From Acidimicrobiaceae bacterium (lineage in GTDB: Bacteria; Actinomycetota; Acidimicrobiia; Acidimicrobiales; RAAP-2), in assembly GCA_003158855.1 (NCBI GenBank), contig PMLJ01000012.1, positions 1,516-65,515 of the forward strand: a DNA stretch of 64,000 bases. Reading direction: 5' to 3'. A program made the position numbers and the translations under genes. Shown piece by piece: positions 29,409-41,001 of this stretch. A model generated the notes under the pieces. It saw only the letters and a list, made by a program, of their open reading frames with translations, was not told where the DNA came from and ran no database searches. Every line of letters begins with the position of its first letter. Position 1 is the stretch's first letter.

Positions 29409-29882
29409 GAACGTCCTCGATCACCAGTTCGGGCAGGCCCACCGCATCCGCGACCAGGGCGCCGACCGGATCATCGGCCCCGACGAGGAAGTTCGCCATG
29501 TGGGCGTGCAGGCACTTGATGCCGACCCTCGTCCCGCCGACCCCGCCCGACGCCTGGACACCGCCGGTGCGCATCGTCGCCGCTTGGCGGCGCCTCTGGT
29601 ACTCGTCGTGGGTGCGCTGCAGGACTTCAGCGTCCACCATCTCCTCGAATCGGTGCACCCCCCCGTTGCTCTCGAGCCGGCTCACGGCGTCGTGCAGCTC
29701 CGAGTCCACCAGCCAGTACAGGGTCGGCATCGGGGTCCCGTCGCGCAGGTGCGGCTCGTTCTCGATGACGACGGGGCGGCCATCGCTTCGCCGCACGACG
29801 ACGGCGCAACGTCCCGAGAGCGGGCGCCCTAGGAGTTCCTCCACCGCGGCGAGGTCATCGGGAGACGCATCGTGGAATGTGC

Positions 29883-29886
<4 letters not shown>
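29401..29886 (-). CDS. DUF501 domain protein
   Basis: PTLYWL, GVGG....KCLHAH motifs and synteny. TTG start overlaps the upstream stop. Confidence 0.88.
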
Positions 29887-31644
<1,758 letters not shown>

Positions 31645-31660
31645 CTAGGCCTCAAGGCTA

Positions 31661-33067
31661 CTAGCCGGACGATGACTGCCCTCTTGAGCCTTCCTCGATG
31701 GTCCGTATCTCTTCGCGCAGGTGTCGCGCCCTCTCTCGAAGCACTCCTTCGAGGTCGACGCCCGCCCACTGCGCGGCACCCAGCAGCGACACGAGCGCGT
31801 CGCCCCACTGGTTCGCGACGTCCGACGACGACTCCGCGTCGTCGGCGCTCTTGCCCGCGAACGCGATTTCGCCAAGTGCGCGCACCGCGCTGTCGCGCGC
31901 ATCCCCGCCGCTCAGTGGTGCCTGGTCGACGAGCGCGGCCTTGCGCAGGAGCTTCGCGTAGAGGCTGAGCGCGGGCAACTGCCACGCGATGCCGTCGGTG
32001 ATGCTTTCGCGACCCTTCTCCTTCTGCTTCAGCACCTCCCAACGAGAGGCCACGTCGTTCGATCCGCTCACCTCGACGTCGCCGAACACGTGCGGGTGTC
32101 GGTAGGTCAACTTGTCGCGCACCGCATCGGCGATGGTGACGAAGTTGAACAAGCCTTCCTCGTCGCCCAGTTCCGCGTGAAAGACGATCTGGAAGAGAAG
32201 ATCGCCGAGCTCCTCTTCCACGTGGGTGACCGCCTCGTCGCTCGGCTCGGCGCCCTCGCCGGAGCGCACGAATGCCTCGAGGGCGTCGAGCGTTTCGTAG
32301 GACTCTTCCAGCAGATGACGGGTGAGCGAGGCGTGGGTCTGCTCCTGGTCCCAGGGACACTCGGCGCGAAGCCGGCGCATGAAACTCACGAGGTCGTCCA
32401 TTGCCTCGCCGGCCGTTCTCAATCCTTGCACCCAGAGCGACGTCAGGTGATCAGCGCCTTCGAAGGTCACGAGCTCGCTCGCGGGCAACTCGGCGATGAC
32501 CTGGTCGCTGAGTCCCAGGTGGTGCAGCACCGTCACGATGGTCTGCGCCGGCAACCGGTCGGCGACGCTCACCATGACCTCGGGCGCGTAGGTCTGCAGT
32601 ATCAGCAGCGGTCCCGGACCGCGCAGCGGCTCGCTCGACCCGAGAGCGTCCACGATGCGCAGCCCGACTGACATGGGATCGCAGCCGAGCGCCGCGCACG
32701 CGACGTCGATCACCGACACGGCGGGCTCGCAGACCGTGCGCACGTTCGGGTTCGTTCGAAGCAGCTCGACGGTGCGTTCGGCGACGACCGGCGAGCCCGG
32801 AACGACGTACACGACCTCGCCGTTCGCCGACGTGGTGGCGAGGCCCACGAGATCCTCCGCGATCCTCGCGTACAGCTCCTCGAACGAGTCGGCCTCTTCG
32901 TACCACTGGTCGTAGCTCGCCACGTCGCCCAGTTGGCCGGCGCCGGGGTGCACGCGGGTGCGTAGCCGCACCACCGGTGACTCCCTGATCAGCCGGAGGG
33001 ACCGCTGGGTCGCGAGGCCGAGATCACCCGGTCCGAGTCCGACGACGCGAACCGTTGGCTGACTCAC
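31661..33067 (-). CDS. mazG: MazG nucleotide pyrophosphohydrolase with N-terminal tetrapyrrole-methylase-like domain (YabN type)
   Basis: VVGLGPG and PGSP.VAE N-domain; CPWD..QTH, EESYE, EELGDLL and RHPHVFG motifs. Confidence 0.9.
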   Translation of the reverse strand: MSQPTVRVVGLGPGDLGLATQRSLRLIRESPVVRLRTRVHPGAGQLGDVASYDQWYEEADSFEELYARIAEDLVGLATTSANGEVVYVVPGSPVVAERTVELLRTNPNVRTVCEPAVSVIDVACAALGCDPMSVGLRIVDALGSSEPLRGPGPLLILQTYAPEVMVSVADRLPAQTIVTVLHHLGLSDQVIAELPASELVTFEGADHLTSLWVQGLRTAGEAMDDLVSFMRRLRAECPWDQEQTHASLTRHLLEESYETLDALEAFVRSGEGAEPSDEAVTHVEEELGDLLFQIVFHAELGDEEGLFNFVTIADAVRDKLTYRHPHVFGDVEVSGSNDVASRWEVLKQKEKGRESITDGIAWQLPALSLYAKLLRKAALVDQAPLSGGDARDSAVRALGEIAFAGKSADDAESSSDVANQWGDALVSLLGAAQWAGVDLEGVLRERARHLREEIRTIEEGSRGQSSSG

Positions 33068-34149
33068 TTATACGTTGTCGCCGGGGCCGTCGAGAGGACC
33101 TTCGCCGCATTCACGTTCGACGTGCTCGGCAACGCGTTGGCGAAGACCGACGGGCCCGAGGACCCGAGCCCCCATTTGCCGAAGGCGGGGTTGATGCTCA
33201 CGGCGGCCGCGTAGAGAACTCCCTCTTCCTGGTTCTTCGCGTTCGTCGCGTTGAGCGTCTCGATGTCGGAAAGCACCGCGCTCGCGGCGTCCGCAAACGG
33301 GGTCACCGTCCGGCCGGTGGGGGCGACGAAGAGCGCGTACTCACCCCCGTTGTAGTTGATGACCTGGTAGTTCTTCGGGAACGTGTTGAGCGGCGTGCTG
33401 GCGACATCGGTTCGAACGCTCGAGAAGGAACTGCTGGTCGGGGCGTAACAGCCGTAGGCGCCGCCCTTCTGTCCCGATGAGTCCGACGAGAACTGCTTCG
33501 CCAGTTGCGCGACCGTCTCGCCCTTGGCCTGGGCGGCGCTGAACGCGCTCAGGCTCGACGGCGACACCAACGCGATGCTCACGCAGAGCGTGTCGTACAT
33601 GTTGACGTGCGAGGCGTAGTAGGCCTTGAGCGACGAGAGGGTGACCGGAATCGTGCCGTCGAGGCGGCTCACGTAGTAGGTCGAGGTGGCCTGGTCGTGG
33701 ATCTGGGCGCTGCGCATCTCGGCTGGCATGTCGGCCACCGCTTGCGCGGACGTTCCCGGGCACGACAGGTTGGCGGACTTCGCCGCGCTGGTCAATTCGC
33801 CTTCGAGCGACAGCTTCGCCTGGGCCAGGTCGAGGGCGCTCGGCGTGTACTTGAAGTACTTCTTCACGTACTGGCTGATCGCCAGTCCCTCCACGCGCAG
33901 GTTCGCCCACTCGGCGGCCGACGCGCTCGTGATCGTCGGCGAACCCGCGCCGGGCGCGAAGGTCTCGTGGCCGAGCGCCACCATGAAGCACTGAAGCGTC
34001 GGCGTCGTAGAGATGGCCTGCAATTCACTGGTGAACGAGGAGTTGGAGACCTTCAGCCCGCTCACCGCGATCGCCGAACTGTTGCTGGTGAGCCCGTAGA
34101 GGGTGGCTGCGAGAAGGGCAACGACGAGCAAGGCAATGAGACGGCGCAT
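33064..34149 (-). CDS. PrsA/SurA-like peptidyl-prolyl isomerase/foldase
   Basis: Signal peptide, AKQFSSD.S..KGG.YGC rotamase-like motif; located between mfd and mazG. Confidence 0.65.
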   Translation of the reverse strand: MRRLIALLVVALLAATLYGLTSNSSAIAVSGLKVSNSSFTSELQAISTTPTLQCFMVALGHETFAPGAGSPTITSASAAEWANLRVEGLAISQYVKKYFKYTPSALDLAQAKLSLEGELTSAAKSANLSCPGTSAQAVADMPAEMRSAQIHDQATSTYYVSRLDGTIPVTLSSLKAYYASHVNMYDTLCVSIALVSPSSLSAFSAAQAKGETVAQLAKQFSSDSSGQKGGAYGCYAPTSSSFSSVRTDVASTPLNTFPKNYQVINYNGGEYALFVAPTGRTVTPFADAASAVLSDIETLNATNAKNQEEGVLYAAAVSINPAFGKWGLGSSGPSVFANALPSTSNVNAAKVLSTAPATTYK

Positions 34150-34172
34150 AATCCAATGCTACCGACTTCGAA

Positions 34173-37100
34173 CTATGGGGCTGCCGACTCGGCGACGAGC
34201 TCGCGAAGCAGCGCGAGCAGCGCCCTCGGTGATGCGGCGTCGACGTCGACGTCGACGCGGAACTCCTTCGAGTCCTCGTCGTAGGCGCGCGAGCCGTACT
34301 TGCGTCGCACGCGCATTTGCTGGCTGAGCGTCAGATCGAGCGGGCCCATCTTCACAGTGGGCCTCGAGCGCACCCCGACCCTCGCGGGCAGGATCGAGAG
34401 CGACGTGACGCCGAGTTCGAGGCAGAGGAGTCGAAGTTCCCCCAGGTCCAGGAGTCCTTCGGCGGCCTTGGGCAGCGGCCCGTAGCGGTCGATCCACTCC
34501 GTTCGAAGATCGAGGAGCTCTTCCATCGAAGAGACTCCGGCGAGACGGCGGTAGGCCTCGAGTCGGGCGTCGTCGGCCTCGACGTAGTCCTTCGGCAGGT
34601 GGGCCTCACCCGGAACGTCGAGGTGCACGGTGACGATCTCGGGCGTGACGAAGCCCTTCGCGTCCGCCACCGCCTCGGCGACGAGCTGGACGTAGAGGTC
34701 GTAGCCCACCGCCGCGACCGGACCCGACTGGTCGTGGCCGAGCAGGTTCCCAGCCCCCCGGATCTCGAGATCGCGCATGGCGATCTTGAAGCCGCTGCCG
34801 AGCGCGGTGTTGTCGCCAATGGTGCGCAGCCTCTCGAAGGCGGTCTCGGACAGCACCTGACCGGCCGGGTGGAACAGATAGGCGTACGCGCGCTGTCCGC
34901 TTCGCCCGACCCGTCCGCGCAGCTGGTGCATCTGGCCGAGACCCAGTCGGTCGGCCCGGTCCACGATCAGGGTGTTCACCGACGGCAGGTCGATGCCTGA
35001 TTCGACGATCGTCGTGCAGACGAGCACGTCGAATCTGCGTTCCCAGAAGTCGATCATCACCCGCTCGAGGGTACCTTCGTCCATCTGTCCGTGCGCGACG
35101 GCGATGCGCGCGTCGGGGACCAGTTGGCCCAGCCTTCGCGCCACCACGTCGATATCGGCGACCCGGTTGTGGACGAAGAAGACCTGTCCTTCTCGAAGCA
35201 GTTCGCGACGGATCGCCTCGACGACCGCGGGCTCGCCGTACTCGCCGACGTGCGTGAGGATCGGGCGCCGGTCGGCCGGCGGGGTGGTCACCATCGAAAG
35301 GTCGCGAATCCCGGCGAAGGCCATCTCGAGGGTCCGAGGGATCGGACTCGCGCTGAGCGTCAGCACGTCGACGCCCACCGAACGCGCCTTGATGGCCTCC
35401 TTGTGGCTGACCCCGAAGCGCTGCTCCTCGTCGACGACCAGAAGGCCGAGATCCTTGAAGACCACGTTCTCCGAAAGGAGGCGATGCGTGCCGATCACCA
35501 CGTCGATGGTGCCGTCCTTCAGCCCCTGCATGGTCTGCTTGGCCTCGGCGTCGTCGACGAAGCGGCTGAGCAGGGCCACCTTCACGGGAAAGCCGGCGTA
35601 GCGGTCGGTGAAGGTGGCGAAATGCTGGCTCGCAAGCAGGGTCGTCGGCACGAGGACTGCCGCCTGCTTGTTGTCCTGCACGGCTTTGAAGACGGCCCGC
35701 ACGGCAACCTCGGTCTTGCCGAAGCCCACGTCCGCGCACACCAACCGGTCCATTGGCCTCGCCATCTCCATGTCCGCCTTCACGTCGTCGATGGCTTGCG
35801 CCTGGTCGGCCGTGAGCGTGTAGGGGAACAACGCCTCCATCTCGCGCTGCCACGTGGTGTCGGGGCTGAAGGCGAAGCCCCTCGCCACCGAGCGCTGACG
35901 GTAGAGGTCGACCAGCTCCTGGGCGACGAGGAACGCGGCGGCGCGGGCCTTCGCGCGGGTCTTCTGCCACTCGGCGCCCCCCATGCGCGAGAGGGCCGGT
36001 GCGTCGCCGCCCGAATAGGGCGTCAGGACGTCGATCTGCTCGGTGGGCCAGTAGCTTCGTCCATCCTTGAACTCGAGGATGAGGTAGTCGCGCGTCGTGC
36101 CGTTGATGGCGCGCGTCGTCGTGCCGGAGAACTTCGCCACGCCGTGCTGGCGGTGCACGACGTAGCTGCCGATGGCCAGGTCGTCGAAGAAACCGTCGAC
36201 GTTGCGGGTCCTCGTGCGCGCGACGCGGTGCACCGTGCGCCGTCCGGTCAGGTCGCTCTCGCTCCACACCACGATTTCGGGGTCGTCGAGGCTGAAGCCC
36301 GACGGCAGTGAACTCTCCAGGACGCTGATGCGCACGTCGAGCACCTTGTCGGGGTCGGTCGTGACCTCCAAGCCCTCGGCGCGCAGCTGCTCGGCCATGC
36401 GATCGACCGAGGCCGCGTTCGAGGTGAGAACGACCCCGCGGCGCTTCGTGGACCAGTTGCGCACGTGGGCGGCGATGCGCGAGGCGTCGCCCTGCACGAC
36501 GGGCGGGGAGCTGAGGTTCATGGTGCCGCCCGAGAGCGCCCCCACCGTTGGCTCGAGCGCCACGTCGACGCGACCCTCGAGGACGTCGTCCCACGGCGAG
36601 TGCAGCAGCGCCACCTCGCCGGTCGCCTGCCACGTCGCCGCCACCGCGTCGGTGAGCTCGCGCTCCTCTTCGAGCAAATCGCCGAGGCGCTGGCGTACGC
36701 GTTCGGGCTCGACGACGAGCAGCGTCACGTCGCCCAACTCGTCGAGCAGCGTCGTTGGACGATCGACGAAGAGCGGCATCCAGCCCTCCATGCCGTCGAA
36801 GAGCTGTCCGCTCGCCAAGCGGTCAAAGGTCGCACGTCCCCAGGGCTCGCCCGCAATCAGCTCCTCGGCCCGCGCACGCGTCGCCGCGCCTGGCAGCCAT
36901 TCACGCGCGGGCGCGATGCTCGCCTCGTCCACGTCGTGCAGCGAACGCTGGTTGGCGATGTCGAACGACGTGAGCCGCTCGACCTCGTCGCCGAAGAAGT
37001 CGAGTCGCAGCGGATCGTGGCCCTGGGCCGGCCACACGTCGACGATGCCGCCTCGAACCGCGAACTCGGCGCGATGCTCCACCAGACTCTCGCGCCGGTA

Positions 37101-37571
37101 CCCGAACGCGGCCAGGTCCTCGATGAACCGATCGCGGTCGAGCTCGGCGCCTCGCTGCACGACGAGCGGAGCGGTTGCCGGCTCGGGGGGAAGCACCTGG
37201 GCAATTGAGCGCGCCGACGCCACCACCACGCGCGGGCGGTCCGGTTGGCGCAGCTGGAAACGCAGCAGGGCCCTCGTCGCCATGACCGAACTGTCGGGGC
37301 TCACCCGCTCGAGGGGGTGCGTGTCCCATCCGGGCCAGAGGACCACCTCATCGTCGCCCAGCAGGGCCTCGATCGCGTCGCGCAGCTGCTCGGCTTCGGT
37401 GGACGTGGCGGTGACGACTACCGAGAAGGGCGCGTCGAGCACGTACGCCGCGACCGTGAGGGGCGTGGCGTAACTGCTGGGCGTGAAGGAGCCGGCCGCG
37501 TCGTGCGCCCGAAGCGAGGGGCTGACGAGCTCGAGTACACGGCGAAGGCCCCGTGACTCAGTCACGTACAC
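34173..37571 (-). CDS. mfd: Transcription-repair coupling factor
   Basis: UvrB-like N-terminus, CarD-like RID, DVGFGKT, DEEQRFG, QLRGRVGR and TRCF C-terminus. Confidence 0.98.
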   Translation of the reverse strand: MYVTESRGLRRVLELVSPSLRAHDAAGSFTPSSYATPLTVAAYVLDAPFSVVVTATSTEAEQLRDAIEALLGDDEVVLWPGWDTHPLERVSPDSSVMATRALLRFQLRQPDRPRVVVASARSIAQVLPPEPATAPLVVQRGAELDRDRFIEDLAAFGYRRESLVEHRAEFAVRGGIVDVWPAQGHDPLRLDFFGDEVERLTSFDIANQRSLHDVDEASIAPAREWLPGAATRARAEELIAGEPWGRATFDRLASGQLFDGMEGWMPLFVDRPTTLLDELGDVTLLVVEPERVRQRLGDLLEEERELTDAVAATWQATGEVALLHSPWDDVLEGRVDVALEPTVGALSGGTMNLSSPPVVQGDASRIAAHVRNWSTKRRGVVLTSNAASVDRMAEQLRAEGLEVTTDPDKVLDVRISVLESSLPSGFSLDDPEIVVWSESDLTGRRTVHRVARTRTRNVDGFFDDLAIGSYVVHRQHGVAKFSGTTTRAINGTTRDYLILEFKDGRSYWPTEQIDVLTPYSGGDAPALSRMGGAEWQKTRAKARAAAFLVAQELVDLYRQRSVARGFAFSPDTTWQREMEALFPYTLTADQAQAIDDVKADMEMARPMDRLVCADVGFGKTEVAVRAVFKAVQDNKQAAVLVPTTLLASQHFATFTDRYAGFPVKVALLSRFVDDAEAKQTMQGLKDGTIDVVIGTHRLLSENVVFKDLGLLVVDEEQRFGVSHKEAIKARSVGVDVLTLSASPIPRTLEMAFAGIRDLSMVTTPPADRRPILTHVGEYGEPAVVEAIRRELLREGQVFFVHNRVADIDVVARRLGQLVPDARIAVAHGQMDEGTLERVMIDFWERRFDVLVCTTIVESGIDLPSVNTLIVDRADRLGLGQMHQLRGRVGRSGQRAYAYLFHPAGQVLSETAFERLRTIGDNTALGSGFKIAMRDLEIRGAGNLLGHDQSGPVAAVGYDLYVQLVAEAVADAKGFVTPEIVTVHLDVPGEAHLPKDYVEADDARLEAYRRLAGVSSMEELLDLRTEWIDRYGPLPKAAEGLLDLGELRLLCLELGVTSLSILPARVGVRSRPTVKMGPLDLTLSQQMRVRRKYGSRAYDEDSKEFRVDVDVDAASPRALLALLRELVAESAAP

Positions 37572-38181
37572 CGTTTACGCGGCGCTGCGCATCCTCGAAG
37601 TCGTAGTCGAGCAGCATCTCGAGGGCATCGGCCGCCGCCGCGACGTCGAGTGCGAGGGCGGCCTTGCGCGCCCCGGTCGGGCGCTTCAACACGTAGTCGG
37701 CGCCCTTCTCCTTCGACGGCGGCTTGCCGATCCCGATCCGCAGCCGCGCGAAGTCATGGGTGCCGAGGGCCTGGGCGATGGAGCGAAGCCCGTTGTGCCC
37801 GGCGAGTCCCCCTCCCTGCTTCAGCTGCAGGCGTCCCGGCTCGAGGTCGAGCTCGTCGTGGGCGATCACCAGGTGCGTCATATCCTCCAGCGAGGTGCGG
37901 CGAAGCAGCGGCGGCAGGGCGCTGCCTGATTCGTTCATGTACGTCGTCGGCACGGCGAGCGTGACGGGACCTCGTGGCGTGGAAATCGTGGCGCTGAGGC
38001 AGCGTTGGCGGCTTTCGAGCTTGAGCTTCGCGCCGCGACGTTCCACGACGAGGCGCACGGCGTCGCCGCCCACGTTGTGTCGTGATCCCGCGTACTCTTC
38101 GCCGGGATTGGCGAGTCCCACTATGACGAGCGAACTCGCAGCGCCCCTACGGCCGTCCCCTCGTGAGCGCCGAAGCGCCAC
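37558..38181 (-). CDS. pth: Peptidyl-tRNA hydrolase
   Basis: GLANPG..Y..SRHNVG, YMNESG, HDELD, GHNGLRS motifs. Confidence 0.97.
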   Translation of the reverse strand: MALRRSRGDGRRGAASSLVIVGLANPGEEYAGSRHNVGGDAVRLVVERRGAKLKLESRQRCLSATISTPRGPVTLAVPTTYMNESGSALPPLLRRTSLEDMTHLVIAHDELDLEPGRLQLKQGGGLAGHNGLRSIAQALGTHDFARLRIGIGKPPSKEKGADYVLKRPTGARKAALALDVAAAADALEMLLDYDFEDAQRRVNGVRD

Positions 38182-38187
38182 AACGAA

Positions 38188-38784
38188 CTAGTCCGCGACA
38201 GACTCGGGGCCGCCCGCCGTCTTGGCTACGCGACCGGGACGAGTGGTAACGACCGACAGCGCGTGGTCAACCGCTGGCTCGACGCCCTCGGGAAGGATGA
38301 CGTCGGAAACGCGGATCGCTCCGCCGACCTTCAGGTCCGAGATGTCCACGTCGATGTGGGTCGGGATCCGGTCCGGACGGGTCTTGACCTCGAGGTTGAA
38401 CAGCTGCTGGTCGACCTCCCAGTCGGCGTGGCGGACTTCGACGGCGTCGCCAATGACGTGAAGGGGGACCTCGGCGATGACCGACGAATTGGGGTCGACG
38501 ACCTGGAAGTCGATGTGCGACACCGTGCCGCGAACCGGGTGGCGCTGGATCTCACGGGCCATGACGAGAAACTTCTTGCCGTCGGCGTCAAGCGCGATGA
38601 GCGAGTTCAGTCCCTGTTCGCCCGAAACCGCCGTGCGAAAGGACTTCGCGTCCACCGAAATGGGCAGCGGGCTGATGCCCGGGCCGTAGACCACCCCTGG
38701 AATCGAGCCGGCGCTGCGCAGACGGCGCGAGTTGCTTGAGCCCTTTTCGCGGCTCGTTGACGCGCTCAACGTGACCTGTGACAT
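38188..38784 (-). CDS. rplY: 50S ribosomal protein bL25/Ctc
   Basis: IPGVVYG, REIQRHPV and HIDF motifs; prs-rplY-pth synteny. Confidence 0.96.
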   Translation of the reverse strand: MSQVTLSASTSREKGSSNSRRLRSAGSIPGVVYGPGISPLPISVDAKSFRTAVSGEQGLNSLIALDADGKKFLVMAREIQRHPVRGTVSHIDFQVVDPNSSVIAEVPLHVIGDAVEVRHADWEVDQQLFNLEVKTRPDRIPTHIDVDISDLKVGGAIRVSDVILPEGVEPAVDHALSVVTTRPGRVAKTAGGPESVAD

Positions 38785-38874
38785 GAAAACTCCTCTTACG
38801 AACGGCTGGCGCCCCAGACTGGGCCACGCACAGGGTAGAAAGTCTAGCCGTCCAGCCGCGCTCGCTCCCTCGGG

Positions 38875-39849
38875 CTAGAGAAGGTTCTCGCCGCCGAAGA
38901 TCTCCGAGACCGAGGAATCCTCAAAAATGGCGGAAATCGCGTTGGCGACCAGCGGAGCAACCGAAAGAATCTCCAGCTTTTCGAAGCGTCGCTCGGGTCC
39001 GAGTGGAAGGGTGTCGGTGACGACGACCCGGCTGACGGGAGCGTTGAAGAGCCGGTCGACCGCGGGCGGGGAGAAGACCGCGTGAGTGGCCATGACCCAG
39101 ATCTCGTTGGCCCCGTGGGCCTTCAAGAGGTCGCACCCCGCGACAATGGTTCCGGCAGTGTCGATCATGTCGTCGATGAGGACGCAGTGGCGCCCGTTGA
39201 CGTCACCGACGATGTGACGGGCCTCGGCGATGTTGGTCGTGCCGCGTGGCCGGGTCTTGTGCACGAGGGCGAGGTCGCAGCCCAGGTGCTGGGCGTAGCG
39301 CTCGGCGACCTTCACCCGACCCGCGTCGGGCGCGACCACCACCAGCTCGTGGGGATTGGTGTTGGCCTTCAGGTAGTCCTCGAGCACCGGCGCCGCGACG
39401 AGGTGGTCGACCGGGATGTTGAAGAAACCCTGGATCTGGCCGGAGTGGAAGTCAACGGAGAGCACGCGGTTCGCCCCGGCCGTCTGGAGCATGTCGGCGA
39501 TCAACTTCGCGGTGATGGGCTCGCGACCGGCGGACTTGCGGTCCTGACGGGCGTAGCCGTAGTTCGGGATCACCGCGGTGATGCTCTTGGCCGACGCGCG
39601 CTTGGCGGCGTCGATCATGATGAGCTGTTCCATCACGGCGTCGTTCACCGGCGACGAGTGCGTCTGGACGATGAAGACGTGCGCGCCGCGGATGGATTCG
39701 TCGAACCGGCAGTGGATCTCGCCGTTGGCGAACTCGCGCACGTTCGCCTCGGTGAGCTTGATTCCGAGCTGGTCGGCGATGTCCTGGGCGAGTCCGGGGT
39801 GGCAGCGACCCGTGACGAGAACGAGGCGACGCTTAGCGAGAGACTCCAC
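38875..39849 (-). CDS. prs: Ribose-phosphate pyrophosphokinase
   Basis: FANGE, YARQDRK, DFHSGQIQGFF, PDAG and DDMIDTAGT motifs. GTG start at 39849. Confidence 0.98.
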   Translation of the reverse strand: MESLAKRRLVLVTGRCHPGLAQDIADQLGIKLTEANVREFANGEIHCRFDESIRGAHVFIVQTHSSPVNDAVMEQLIMIDAAKRASAKSITAVIPNYGYARQDRKSAGREPITAKLIADMLQTAGANRVLSVDFHSGQIQGFFNIPVDHLVAAPVLEDYLKANTNPHELVVVAPDAGRVKVAERYAQHLGCDLALVHKTRPRGTTNIAEARHIVGDVNGRHCVLIDDMIDTAGTIVAGCDLLKAHGANEIWVMATHAVFSPPAVDRLFNAPVSRVVVTDTLPLGPERRFEKLEILSVAPLVANAISAIFEDSSVSEIFGGENLL

Positions 39850-39880
39850 GGCGCCAGCGTACAAGGTATGCAAGAGGTGC

Positions 39881-40972
39881 CTATCGAGTGTGGTAATCGA
39901 AGGACGCGATGACGCCGCCGGGCTCCACGTGCGAGCCCTTGCCGATAACGACGAACGACTTGACGAGGGCGTCATCGCCAACGGTGGCGTCGACGGCCTC
40001 GACGGTGCCGACAACGGCGTTCTTCCCGACATGGCAGTCGGTCAGATTGGCGTTCGGTCCGATCCGGGCTCCCCGTTCGACCACGCATCGACCCTTCAGG
40101 ATCGTGCCGGGCAGCAACGACACGTCCGGCTCGATCAGCACGTCGGCGTCAACGTAGGTCTCGGCGGGGTTCCACATCGTCACGCCCAACCTCATCCAGC
40201 CATCGTTGATGCGCTCGCGAAGGGTGCCCTCCGCCTCGGCGAGTTGAGCCCGATCGTTCACTCCCACGGCTTCGCGCGGGTCTTCGAGGAGCATGGAGTT
40301 GGTCTGATGGCCCGCGTCGTGCAGCGAAGCCACGATGTCGGTCAGGTAGTACTCGTTCTGGGAGTTCTGGCGGTTCACCAGTCGCAGGGCTGCGCCCAGG
40401 AGACTCTCTCGCACGACCATGATCGAGGTGTTGATCTCCGTGATCGCCTTCTCGTCGGTCGTCGCGTCGCGCTCTTCCACGATTCGAGCCAGGCTCCCGT
40501 CCTTGGCGTACACCATGCGCCCGTAGCCGAAGGGATCCTCCAGAATCGCCGTGAGCACCGTCAACGCGGCTTGGCTTTCGGCGTGGTACTCGAGCAGCTT
40601 TCCAATGGTGCTGTGGCGAAGGAGTGGGATGTCGCCCGGGAGGATCAGCACGTCGCCGTCGGTCTCGCCGATCTCGTCGCTGATCGTCGGAAGGGCGACC
40701 TTGACGGCGTGCCCGGTGCCCAACTGCTCGGACTGCTCCACGAAGCTGAGCCGGGCGTCGTTACGGCTTCGCTCCTTGAGCGCGGTCTCGACCCAGTTCG
40801 CTTCCTGGCCCACCACGACGACCGTCGCGCGGACCTCGTCGTGCGCGGCGGCGTCGAGCACGTACATGACCATTGGCCGTCCGCAGAGATGGTGAAGGGG
40901 CTTGGGGCGCGAGGAGCGCATCCGTGTTCCCTCGCCCGCGGCGAGGATCACGACGCAGGTCGGTCTAGTCAT
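39881..40972 (-). CDS. glmU: GlmU, C-terminally truncated (uridyltransferase plus partial left-handed beta-helix)
   Basis: LAAGEGTRMRS..PK, QLGTGHA, EINT, EYYLTD and GVNDR motifs; only 363 aa, ending before the acetyltransferase catalytic His region. Confidence 0.9.
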   Translation of the reverse strand: MTRPTCVVILAAGEGTRMRSSRPKPLHHLCGRPMVMYVLDAAAHDEVRATVVVVGQEANWVETALKERSRNDARLSFVEQSEQLGTGHAVKVALPTISDEIGETDGDVLILPGDIPLLRHSTIGKLLEYHAESQAALTVLTAILEDPFGYGRMVYAKDGSLARIVEERDATTDEKAITEINTSIMVVRESLLGAALRLVNRQNSQNEYYLTDIVASLHDAGHQTNSMLLEDPREAVGVNDRAQLAEAEGTLRERINDGWMRLGVTMWNPAETYVDADVLIEPDVSLLPGTILKGRCVVERGARIGPNANLTDCHVGKNAVVGTVEAVDATVGDDALVKSFVVIGKGSHVEPGGVIASFDYHTR

Positions 40973-41001
40973 TGCACCATCTTTAGTCGCCGTCTTCTAC
41001 G

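Noticed and set aside
39850-39881. Frameshifted remainder of glmU
   Set aside because: Only about 30 nt separate the stop from the prs start, and no acetyltransferase motifs appear in other frames.
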